From Paraspadella gotoi (Eukaryota; Animalia; Chaetognatha), in the NCBI GenBank assembly GCA_051294375.1, contig CM119265.1:28916540-28980539 (forward strand): DNA of 64,000 nt, in the 5' to 3' direction. Each line of letters begins with the position of its first letter. Positions within the stretch are counted from its first letter, which is position 1. Shown here piece after piece: positions 1 to 12,364 of the stretch. The notes below the pieces were generated by a model. That model saw only the letters and a program-made list of their open reading frames with translations. It was not told the origin of the DNA and did not search any database. The position numbers and the translations under genes are program-made.

Positions 1-2762
1 TCTCTCTCTCTCCCTCTTCCGTCCGAGGTTAAGTCCTATGGCTCCTCGGGTCTCACCAGAGAGTCGCCCGTTTGATCCAAAAGGATAAAATCGCCGGCGA
101 CCGTGGCGGTCTNNNNNNNNNNNNNNNNNNNNNNNNNNNNNNNNNNNNNNNNNNNNNNNNNNNNNNNNNNNNNNNNNNNNNNNNNNNNNNNNNNNNNNNN
201 NNNNNNNNNNNNNNNNNNNNNNNNNNNNNNNNNNNNNNNNNNNNNNNNNNNNNNNNNNNNNNNNNNNNNNNNNNNNNNNNNNNNNNNNNNNNNNNNNNNN
301 GTGGTCAAAGGTGGGGAGTTTTGTGTGTGGAGTTGGATGGAAAAGGTTTTGTGTGTTGGAGAGAAATTCGGAAAAAAGAAAAGAAAAAAAAAAGAAAATA
401 GAGAATTAGATGAAAATACAACAACGGTCAAATATTTTAAAATAGTTTAACGTAAAATAAAAAGGACATGGTTCGACTAAGATCTTCATCAGCGCCAAAA
501 TAAGTTTTGAATTAACAGAAAAAGTTGGCTTAATTTCAAACGCAACGAATCGAAAGATAGTTCACAATAGAAAAAAAATTGTTAGAATTCCTGACCTAGA
601 AAAAAAGAAAAAGAAAAAAAAATGTAAAAATAAAAAATAAAATCAAAAAATTAAAAAAAGAAAAGAAAAGAAATAAGAGGATAATCGAAGTTTCCATCCT
701 ACATCGCGTGAGGCAGTTTAGATTTCACAATCCGTTTCCCGTTCACAGTTGCCACCTTTCACATCACCTTCAGATCATGTCCATCATGTCCTTTTTCCAT
801 GTCCCTCGTTTTTCACTGTCCTCATGTTTTACACTTCTCCTCTTTTTGCTATCCCTGACCCTATTAGTTTCACACCTACCTCGTCTCCCACATCTAAGTA
901 CAACTTCACAGAGCAGAGATAGAGGAAGATGAGGAGATAAAGGGAAGAGGAGGAGGAGGAGGAGGAGGAACAAGAGGAGGAAAGAAGAAAGAAGGAAAGA
1001 AGGAACAAAGATGCCCGAGTATCAATTTGGAGGAAATTTTTTAAAAAAATGGTTTGACCTCTTATAGAGGGAAAGAGGGAGAAGGAGAGGGAGAGGAAAG
1101 AAGAAGAAAGGGAGGAAGAGGGAGAGGAAGAGTAAGAAGATGAGAAAGAGAATGAAGAAGAGGAAGAGCGAGACGGATAGGAAGAAGGAGAGGGAGAAAG
1201 AGAAGGAAAGGAAGTGGGGGAAGAACAGGAAGAGGAAGAGAGTGAAGAAGAGAAAGAGAAAGAAGGAGAGGAAGAGGGAAAAGAAGAGGTAAAGGAGAAG
1301 GAAGAAAGTGAGGAAGAGGTAGAGGGAGAGGGAGAGTAAGAGGAAAGAGGAAAAGAGTGAGGAAGAGGTAGAGGAAGAGGAAGAGGGAGAGAAAGAACGA
1401 GAGGATGAATCGAAGAAGCGGAAGAGAAAAAGAAAAGGAAATAACAAAGANNNNNNNNNNNNNNNNNNNNNNNNNNNNNNNNNNNNNNNNNNNNNNNNNN
1501 NNNNNNNNNNNNNNNNNNNNNNNNNNNNNNNNNNNNNNNNNNNNNNNNNNNNNNNNNNNNNNNNNNNNNNNNNNNNNNNNNNNNNNNNNNNNNNNNNNNN
1601 NNNNNNNNNNNNNNNNNNNNNNNNNNNNNNNNNNNNNNNNNNNNNNNNNNNNNNNNNNNNNNNNNNNNNNNNNNNNNNNNNNNNNNNNNNNNNNNNNNNN
1701 NNNNNNNNNNNNNNNNNNNNNNNNNNNNNNNNNNNNNNNNNNNNNNNNNNNNNNNNNNNNNNNNNNNNNNNNNNNNNNNNNNNNNNNNNNNNNNNNNNNN
1801 NNNNNNNNNNNNNNNNNNNNNNNNNNNNNNNNNNNNNNNNNNNNNNNNNNNNNNNNNNNNNNNNNNNNNNNNNNNNNNNNNNNNNNNNNNNNNNNNNNNN
1901 NNNNNNNNNNNNNNNNNNNNNNNNNNNNNNNNNNNNNNNNNNNNNNNNNNNNNNNNNNNNNNNNNNNNNNNNNNNNNNNNNNNNNNNNNNNNNNNNNNNN
2001 NNNNNNNNNNNNNNNNNNNNNNNNNNNNNNNNNNNNNNNNNNNNNNNNNNNNNNNNNNNNNNNNNNNNNNNNNNNNNNNNNNNNNNNNNNNNNNNNNNNN
2101 NNNNNNNNNNNNNNNNNNNNNNNNNNNNNNNNNNNNNNNNNNNNNNNNNNNNNNNNNNNNNNNNNNNNNNNNNNNNNNNNNNNNNNNNNNNNNNNNNNNN
2201 NNNNNNNNNNNNNNNNNNNNNNNNNNNNNNNNNNNNNNNNNNNNNNNNNNNNNNNNNNNNNNNNNNNNNNNNNNNNNNNNNNNNNNNNNNNNNNNNNGGG
2301 GTTTGTCTCTGGCAACAAGCAATAGACCCATTGTCGAGAGGCAAAGACAGAGATATGGAGATTTGATGTATAGTTGGGGCTGAGGTTTGAAGGAGGAGGA
2401 GGAGGAGGAGGGGGAGGAGGAGAGGGAGGAGGAGGGGGAGAGGGAGGGTTGAGGAAAAGGAAGGAAAAGAAAAAGGAGGAAAAGAAAAAGGAAGAAAAAA
2501 GCAAAGGGAAGAAAAAAGGGAGAAAAAATAAAAGGGAGGAAAAAGAAAATGGGAAAAAAAGGGAAGAAAAAATGGAGGAAAAAGAAAAGGGAGGAAAAAT
2601 AAAAGAAGAAAAAAGGTTTCCTTTATCTCTTGTCTCTCGTTTTTGTCGCAGTAAATTATATTTTTCGTTTATTTTAAGACACAATTTTTGAAAAGAGGAA
2701 TGTGTCTCTGACTCTGTCTCAAGTTGTCTCTCTCTTTGTTTTTATACTTTATTTTATCTTTT

Positions 2763-2795
<33 letters not shown>

Positions 2796-3752
2796 NNNNN
2801 NNNNNNNNNNNNNNNNNNNNNNNNNNNNNNNNNNNNNNNNNNNNNNNNNNNNNNNNNNNNNNNNNNNNNNNNNNNNNNNNNNNNNNNNNNNNNNNNNNNN
2901 NNNNNNNNNNNNNNNNNNNNNNNNNNNNNNNNNNNNNNNNNNNNNNNNNNNNNNNNNNNNNNNNNNNNNNNNNNNNNNNNNNNNNNNNNNNNNNNNNNNN
3001 NNNNNNNNNNTCTCTTTCTCTCTTTCTCTCTCTCTTTCTCTTTCTTGTTCTTTTAGTTTTGTATTTTTGTATTTTTCTGTTTTTTGTTGACTAAAGCCTA
3101 AATTACAAGTTTTTTAAAATTTATTTTCGTTTGTTCTCTATTTTTATTTCTTTTATTTATTTTCTTCTTTCGGTCTCAAGAAATAACCTCATGTTCCGTC
3201 GCAAAAGATCGAGGAAATAAAGGCTTTTTTTGTTATTCCGGGCTGCGGTCATTTTCGAAGAAATTTAGACTGAAAGTGACCCCGCATTGGGTCTGACATT
3301 GCGGTCCGGTTTTCATTAAATTAATACAAAATATCTTTTTTAGATATTTTACATCTTCTTTTCCTTTCTTTCTTTCTCTCTTTACTTTTCTTTTCTTTTC
3401 TTTTCTTTTTTCCCTTTCTTTTCTTTTCTTTTCTTTCCTTTTCTTTTCTCATCTCTTTTCTTTTTTTCTTTCCTTTTCTCATCTTTTTTCTCTTCTCATC
3501 TACAAAATATCTTTTTTAGATATTTTACATCTTCTTTTCCTTTTTTTCTTTCTCTCTGTTCTTTTCTTTTCTTTTTTCCTTTCTTTTCTTTTCTTTTTCT
3601 TTCTTTTCTTTTCTTTTCTCTTTTCTTATTTTACATCTTCTTTTCCATTCTTTCTTTCTCTCTCTTCCTTTTTTATTTTCTTTTTTCTTTTTTTTTCTTT
3701 TCTCTTTGCTTTTCTTTTCTTTTCATTTCTTTTTTTTTCTTTTTTTGTCTTT

Positions 3753-3784
<32 letters not shown>

Positions 3785-4103
3785 CTTTTTTTTCCTTTCT
3801 TTTCTTTTCTTTTCTCTTCTTTTTTTTCTTTTCTTTTCTTTTCTTTTCTTATATTTTCTTTTATTTTCTTTTCCTTTCCTTTCCTTTCTTTTCTCTTTCT
3901 TTTTTTTCTCTTTTCTTTTCTTTCCTTTATTTTTCCTTTTCTTTTCTTTTTTTTCTTCTCTTTCCTCCTTGCCTTTCTCTTCTCTTTCCTCGTTAAATCG
4001 AAACACGACTTCACCTCAACGAATTAACTGCGAATCGTAATTTTCTTTAACGAGGAAATAAAAAAAAGAGAAGAGAAAAACAAGAGAAAAAGAAAAGAGA
4101 TAA

Positions 4104-4161
<58 letters not shown>

Positions 4162-4822
4162 GAGTGAGAAGCAGAAAAAAGATGCGTGATACCTAACTAG
4201 TGAACATAAAATCAGTAAAGAAATCAATTTATTAAAGGAAAAATATGTAGAAAACTATAATCAAAACGACAATTACTGACATGACATGAAATGACATTAG
4301 AAACCCTTTATTGCAATATACAATATATACATTACAATATACAATCTACAATTCTCTGTTACCTCCTCTACATTTTTATAGACGTTAGAGAGTAGTGAAA
4401 ATTCTAAAAGACAATTATGAACAACTACTCTTTAATATACTTTTTTAATAACATCCCACACATTTTATAACTCCCAACGTATCTGTTATTGCCTCTACCT
4501 TTCTTTCTTACCTCTATCCCTTCTAAAAGATTTCTTCCACCTCTTTGTTCTCTCCTCTACTTCTCTTTTCTGACCCTTGCCTCTCTAAAAACTTTCCTCA
4601 CCTCTCTCTCTCTCCTTTCCTCCACCTTTCTTTCCTCTCCTTCACCTCTTTCTCTCTCTTTGCTCACTCCTCTCCCTTTCATTCCACCTCTCTATTAACA
4701 TTTGCTATCCACCTTCCTGAATTAAATCTCCATCCACCTCTTTCTTCTCTTCTCCAACCCTGTCCCCTCTCATAAACTTCTCTATTAACTCCTTCTACCT
4801 CTCTTTTTTCCCCACCCTTCAG

Positions 4823-7019
4823 GCGAATCTCTTACCTCTGGAGGCGGGACGGTTCACTGGTCCTCCATCGCCTACTGGGAAGGAAGGAAGCGGGTTGGGA
4901 GACTTTTCTATGTATTTGACTCTGTGGTCAATATATTTCAGGTGAGCAGATGGGATAGAGATGGGATAAAGATGGGAAAGAGACAGGAAAGAAATACGAT
5001 AGAGAGAAAAATAGGATGGAAAGACTCTTCTATGTCTTTGACTTAAACCCGCATAAATTTTCTAATTATTAATTAATTATAATTATTAATTATCTATCTC
5101 CCCCCCTCACTCAACTTAGGAACTACCTCACGGAACAGGGATGTGTCTCGGCGTCCTCCAATCCAAAAACTCCTCCTCCTCCCCTTCCTCCTCCTCTTCA
5201 TCTTCCTCTTCCTCGGACTCTTCCTCTCCCGCCTCCCTCGCCGGGGTCCTCTCCCGCGCCGTCGCCGCCCGGAAACGCTGCTCCGCCGCTCGATCCTCGC
5301 CGCCGCCCTCCGCCGCGCTCTCCGCCGTCGCCGACGACGCCACGCGGCGAACGCGAGCCAAGATCGGCGGAGGCGTGGTACTTTGGCGAGAGACTTCCGG
5401 AGTTTGGGTTTATAATCGGAGCGAATTTCCTGTTTTCGTCAATTCGCCGACGCTGGACGGACAGAATTCGCCGGCCGTGGTAGTGAGGAAGGTGAGAGAG
5501 AAAGGAAAGGGGGGGAAAAAGGGCAAAACGATATTGAGTTCTTAAATCTCATTTACATATTGTAGCAGTTTATATAATTTCTTATTTTGATACGGTTTTT
5601 ATAGAAGTCTTTTTTTACTATTTTAGCAATACTTTTAAAAGGGCTTAATAATAATTAAGTTTTCTATATAATATTCAAATATCTTATTGTTTTTTGTACG
5701 GAGCTTTATGAATGGAAGTTTTTTCTTATTCTGATAAACTGTATCATGTTTGATAGAACATTGTTATTTTTATTGTTTATGTTAATACTGTTTTTAGTAT
5801 TAAAATTTAAAAAAAATATCGTATCAAAATATGCAAAAACGGTTTAAAGAGTAAATAATTGTAATGTTTTATCCCGTATCTCTCTCCATCTCCCCCCCTC
5901 TCTCCTCTTCCCCCACTCTCTCACTCTTCCCCCTCTCTCCTCTTCCCCCCCTCTTCTCCTCTTCCCCCCTCTCTCCTCTTCCCCTCTCGCGTACTTCCCC
6001 TCCTCTCCCTCTTCCCCCCCTCTCTCCTCTTTCCCCCCTCTCTCCTCTTCCCCCCTCTTCTCCTCTTCCCTCTCCCTCTCCCTCTCTCATTCCCCCCTCT
6101 CATCCTCTTCCCCTGCCCTCTCTCAGGTCTTCCCCCCTCCTCTTCCTCTTCCCTCCCACCTCGTCTCCTCTTCCCCTCTCTCTTTACTACGGACATTGAT
6201 TCAATTATTATGATTGATTTCGACTAATTGATTTCGCATTAATTAAATTCTTCTTTCGATATGAATACATACATCTGTAGTTTTCATCTACTTTGAATTT
6301 ATAATTGATTACTATTTAATTTTTATGATTGATTGATTGTACCACTAGTGTAATTGCCGGGAGGTGGGAGGACTGCGTTCTTCCTCTCGTCCGGACTCTG
6401 TTCCTACCCCACACTATTTGAATTTATTTGATTTGATTTTATGGAATTTGTTTATTGATCCATTTGTTTGGATTGAATGGAATGATTTTCCTTTGGTTGT
6501 TTGATTTGATAAAAATGATATGAGGCTTAGATTGATTGGACATGATAGAAGTGATGAGATGAGTTGATTTAATTAATAAAAGCTTATTATTAGTTAAATT
6601 CATTATTGATCTTATTTTACACTGTTGGATTTATTATCAGATGATTATATGATAAGGGTACAATGTGAAAATTGAATTTGCTCAATCGAAAAATGACTAT
6701 TGAATTGGGCTAATACAATTGGATTTCTTCCATTTAGTCAGTCAGAGATTCGCGAATATAAAATAAAAATTCAGTGAGAGATTTCATTGATGAAGCCCGG
6801 TATTATTTTCTTCAAAGAGAGACGATGGCGCACTTTTAAATCAACGGCCTAATTGGTAATTTATTAAAAAAAAATTTTGAGGTGAGAAAAATTTCTGGGA
6901 GGAGAAAAATTTCTTGACCTCGAAAACGAAGGAGAGCCACGCGAAGGCTTAATGTCGAGTGAGAAAATCAAAGAGAAAACATGAAAAAAGAAACGAGAGT
7001 AAGAGAGAGAAGAGCAGAC

Positions 7020-7069
<50 letters not shown>

Positions 7070-10000
7070 GAACTCCGTATCGAAAAAGGAAGAGGAAGCA
7101 AGGAAGAGGAGAAAAAAATGGAGATGGGAGGGGAGAGGAGGGAAGCGAGTCGAGAGAGAGAGAGAGGAGAGAGAGAGACAGAGAGGCAGAGAGAGAGAGA
7201 GAGAGAGAGGAGAGAGAAGAGAGCGAAGCAGAGAGGACGGAGGAGAGAGAGAGGAGAGAGATGAGAGAGGCGTTCCTCGGCAACCTCTCAAGCGGATTTG
7301 AACGCAATCGACATTTGTTGTCTCCTGAGGATTCGACTTACAGGGAAGACAGGATCTTAACCACTCAAAGTTTTTCGTTTGGGGAATAGTGAGAACCGGC
7401 GGATGTTCGAAATCCCGGGTTTCTACAGGGTGAATCTTTTAAAATGGTATTAAAACAGTTTTGTTAAAACGTTACTGTAATAATTATAGACGTTTTCATA
7501 GAGTTTTAATTTCTTTTTTATTCTAATTTTTAAATGTTACTTTCTTAACGGCGCTTGAAAACACTAATTGCAATGAAATCATTGCGAAAGCCAAACGCAT
7601 TTCATCAAATTCAAGCGTTTTTTTTCTATTTTTTTATTTATTCAATACTATTATAGATATATACAATAATTAAATATCCAATACAAACTCTTACTCATGT
7701 CTCTGTCTGTATAGTCCTCGTTACTACTTTCCTTATTTTTCCTCCTTTCATCCGTCTTGTCCTTATTCTCATGTCCTTTTTTTTTGCTCCTTCTTTTTTC
7801 TCCGCCCATAAATCCGCCCCAATAAAGCGTTAATCGCCGTTTCATACAAATCCTTCTCGGATCAGAATAAAAGATTTTTCCGTCCTCAGATTCACGTTCA
7901 CGTTTCCGAACGCTTCCCTTCGTTCCTCCTCTGTAACTTCTCCCCCCCTTCCCCTCCTGTCTTCCTCTCCCCCTCTCCCTCTTCCTCCTCTGCTCTTCCT
8001 CGACGCGAGCGCTCTCATCCTCCTTGCCTCTTCTTCGCCCTCTGGTCCGTTCATACTCTCGGCCTGCTCTCGTCTCCCTCATCTCTCTCGACCCTGACTC
8101 CCCACATTCTCGCCTTTCGGACGGCGATCTGAGTGGCCATTTGAGCGAGAGAAGGGAAAAGTTCTATCGGATAACAAGGGGCTCTGCTCTCTCTGCTCTG
8201 TTCTTTCTTCTCTCTCTGTCTCCTCCTTCTTCCGTCTCTCTGCATCTCGATCTCTTCTCTTCTCTCTTCACTCTCTCATCTTCGCCTCGTCTCTCTTCTC
8301 TGTCTTCTAACGGAATCAACGCGGCGTCTGGATATTTTCTTATTTCATTAATTTTTTTTCCTTTGAGGATTTCTCTCTCCTCTCTGTCTCACTTCTGTCT
8401 GCCCCGACCGGTCCCACGAGCTCATGGTCCGTCTCCGTGGTATCTCACTCGCTCGTCTGCTGCTCCGTCTTTCTTCTTTCCTTCTGGGCGGCCATTCGCC
8501 ACATACATCCTTGGGGGTTTTATATATATTATTCTTTCTTCGAGCAGGAGAAAATTTAAAGATAACATAAATCTCGGAACGGAATTTTTCGTTTCTGTTT
8601 TCTTTTTTTCTGTTATTTTTTTATTTCGGGGATCGTTTTAGTCGTTTTGTGACGCCATCGGGACGCCGGGGTCTATTCTTTAGGTCTAGGCATCTAATTT
8701 TTAGATCGGAGCTATTTTTCGCTCCATTCTCGCCCATTGGACGATGATTTTCCACCGTTGGGGTCTTTTCCTGGTATTTAGATGCAGGTCCTTCGTCCGG
8801 GTCTGGTCCTCTCTTCGTTCAATACTTATATTATCTATTCATCTCATTAATATAATATATATTTATTATTCATATATACTTTATACTCTTTACTTTCAGG
8901 GGCTGTTTAAACTTAATCACTGAAATCCACCCGGGACCCACGACTTCGGCCATTCTTACAAAGTCTTTATTTCCATTTTCCCCAACACACACACACAACC
9001 CCCACAAAATAACTTTTTCATAAATTTTTTTTTTTGGGAAAAATGAAAAACTTTTGTTTTCTTTCCAATTATCGTGGTTTTAAAATGTTTTCTTACTCTT
9101 TTTTTTTGTGGCGCAGGCGATTCGTGTTTTTGTTTCTTAAATCGCCGATTTTTTTTTTATTTTTTATGTTAATTTTCATTTTATTTCCGTTTTATTTTTC
9201 TAATTTCGTCCTTGGCGCGGCAAAGGATTAGGGGTTACCGACTTCGAGGTGGACTAAAAGGGAGGGGAGAAATGTGAAAGATGTGAAGAAGAAAAAAAAG
9301 GGAATCGACAATACGAAAGAACGAATGAAAAAAAATGGAATCGTGAAAAGAATGTTGGTTATAAATCAATAATGCGGAGTACAATAAGTATGCCCGATCT
9401 AATACTTAGGGAGTGGCTTTATCATCAATTGAAACGTTTTCTTTGAAATATAATAAACCACTTCTTGAATAGGGAAGGCAGGTTCACTGGGGAGTCGAAT
9501 AATAAGACTGTGAGAGGCTGAATTGAATTAATCTTGTAAGTGTGATGGAGGCCTAAGACCACCAAAGCCCGTCCAAAGTCAGGACACGATGCGCTTATTT
9601 ATTAATGAAATGGATAATTTATATATTGGTTGTACAATTTCATAAGGAATGAGTTTTTCAAATTATTGTAGCAGAAGCCATAACAGATTTCAAGTTTAGT
9701 TTAAATCTCCTAAACTAAAGTAATCCTTCCAACTCGACTCACTCGGTCTTACGCGACCGACTCTCGTGAAAGCCTTATTATTTTCTTGGATCGGTGAATG
9801 GGTTAACGATCTCATTCACTCCAACGACCGATTTCCCGGAAACATCCGGAAGGGAGTCATTCCACGGCGCCTCGAACCTTGTCTTTGTACTTCGCCTTTC
9901 GTCTTTTGGTAACTTTCGCTTCGTCTTTTTGTACTTCGACTTTCGTCTTTTGTACTTCCGCACTTTCGTCTTTGTTTCGACTTTCGTCTTGGTTACTTCG

Positions 10001-10789
10001 ACTTTCGTCTTTTCGGTACTCGCTTTGTTTTGTACGTGCCTTTTCGCTTTGTACTATGCCTTCGACTTTTGTAACTTCGACTATTCATCTTTTTGTTATG
10101 CTTTCGTCTTTTGTACTTCGCTTTCGTCCTTGTGTACTTCGCCTTCGTCTTTGTACTCGACTTTTCGTCTTTTGTACTTGCCTTGTCTTGTATCGCCTTT
10201 TTCTTGCTACCCCTTCGCTTGACTTGCCGCTGTCGTCTTTGTACTTGCTTTCGTTCTTTCGTTCGCTTCGCCTTTCGTCTTTGTCTTTGTCTCGCTTTCT
10301 ATTTCGCCTTTCGTCAATTATCAATCGTATTTCGTCATCCATCTTTCCGTCTTTCGTTAAATCGAACTCGACTTTTATCTTTTCCGGTAACGATAAAAAA
10401 TACTAGGAGTTTAATCTTTATGTGTTTATATCTTTATTGCGACTTAATCATCTTAAAAAGAATCTGTTATGATTGTCTGTCTGTTCTGCTGTCTGTCATG
10501 TCCTATCGGCGCTCTTTCTTTTTTTATATTTTTTCTTTCTTTCTTAGTCTTTCTTCTTCTTGTATTTTTTCTTCTTTCTTCTTTCTTCTTTTTCCTTTTT
10601 CTTTCTTTCTTCTTTCTTTCTTTCTCTCCTTATCTCTAATATGTTAGGAATGCAAATTATTCGTGACTAAACCCTAGAGCGAGGGTTATCTTTAATTAGT
10701 TTATTCTTATTTCATAATAAAGACGAAGTTTCGATCCATGATAATTATTAAAAACATTTTTGTTGGATGAGAAAAGAAATGGAAAGGAG

Positions 10790-10842
<53 letters not shown>

Positions 10843-12316
10843 GGAGAGAGAGGGAAGAAGAAAGAGGAACGGGATGGAGAAGACACACAAGTGAAGAGAG
10901 TAGAGAGATTAAGGGGCGAGAACAGCTTGTAAGCGTGAGCAGAAGGTGAAGAGAGAGAGAGATAAGAGAAAAGAGAGAGATAGAGAGATAGAGAGATAGA
11001 GAAGAGAGAAAGAGAGAGAGAGAGCAGAGAGAGCAGAGTCATATACAATTTGCAAAAGTGCGATGAATGGTCATCATGCTTTTTCGTTTTGTTACATTAT
11101 GATTGATTAAATCTGCGCTGTAAACTCTAATAACAATACATAACAAATAACACCGATCGAGAGTTTAATTATTAACTTGGTCAAACGTGACCCTGTTATT
11201 TTGTTTCACTAGCACAACATTCACTTTTGTTTTGTTTTTTATAAGTGGTTCTCTCGCGTTTTTCTTTTTAATTGCATTAAGTTGAAGTGGAGCACGGGGG
11301 CCGGAGGGGGGGGGGGCGGCAAATGGAAATGAGAAACTAAAATCTTCGAGAAAAAATTATTATTGTAAGGGTTCTGTTTCAATTTAACAAGTCTCAGTGA
11401 AATAATCGGAGTTAATAAGATTAACTTATCTCTGTAATAAAAACTTAGTTTTGGCATTTTTCCAGGTGTAGATAACAAAATTTTCTCATTCTCTTAAAAA
11501 AAATATAAAAAATTTCCAATGGGCCGAGGCATCATATTATTTTCATTAGTAAAGGGATGTATTTAAAGTTTCGTGACTAATATATTAACATTTCAACATG
11601 ACATACCGCGTACTTTTTTTCCGTGACGCCGTCGCGCTCCGTCACAAAACGTGACACGTCGCAAAAAAATCGAAGATCAATGTTTTTTAAACTGTTTCTG
11701 TTTTCTTCGAATATGTTGTGTTTTTCTTTATTATTTTGGTTTCAAAAAACAATTCCTGATTACAGATTTACGCGTGAACGCATCATTTATCAAAAATGAA
11801 AAAAAAATTACGGGGATAAAGATTTGAGTAAGAATAAAAGACTAAATACATTTTATTATTTTTTTGCCCTAAAAAGTTTTTTAACTCTCTCGCGCGAGAG
11901 TTCTTTTTCTTTTCTTCCTCTCTTTTTTCCTCTCCTTTCCTCTCTGTATCTTCACTACTTTCCTTTCTTTTCCTCCTTTCCTCCCTCCCCCTTTGTCAAC
12001 TTCTTCCTTTCTCCCTCCGCCCTCTTTATTCCTCCTCTTCCTTCTTCTCTTCCGCCTCTTTCCTCCAACTTCCATCTGTGCCCGGGATGCAACCTCGAGG
12101 CCACGGCACTGAAAGGCTGCCGAAAACCGCCGTTTGGGGCGCGGGGGCCCGCGGAGGGGCGGGGGCGGGATGCGGCCAGTCGCCCAATGGTCCGCTGATT
12201 CGGGGGAGGGGGGGGTGGAGCGTTGGGGGTGAGGAGGGCCGGATGTGTAGATCTCTCGATAGTTTCCTCTTTTAAAGCTTCTCTCTCTCTCTCTCCTCTC
12301 TTCTCTCTCTCTCTCT

Positions 12317-12364
<48 letters not shown>

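Noticed and set aside
36-3094. Long ORFs spanning N-runs
   Set aside because: Artefacts of translating gaps and purine/pyrimidine low-complexity tracts.
3191-3220. ATG reading MFRRKRSRK, resembling the Smad6/7 N-terminus MFRSKRS
   Set aside because: Immediately followed by TAA, with no MH1 exons between it and 4823; cannot be distinguished from chance.
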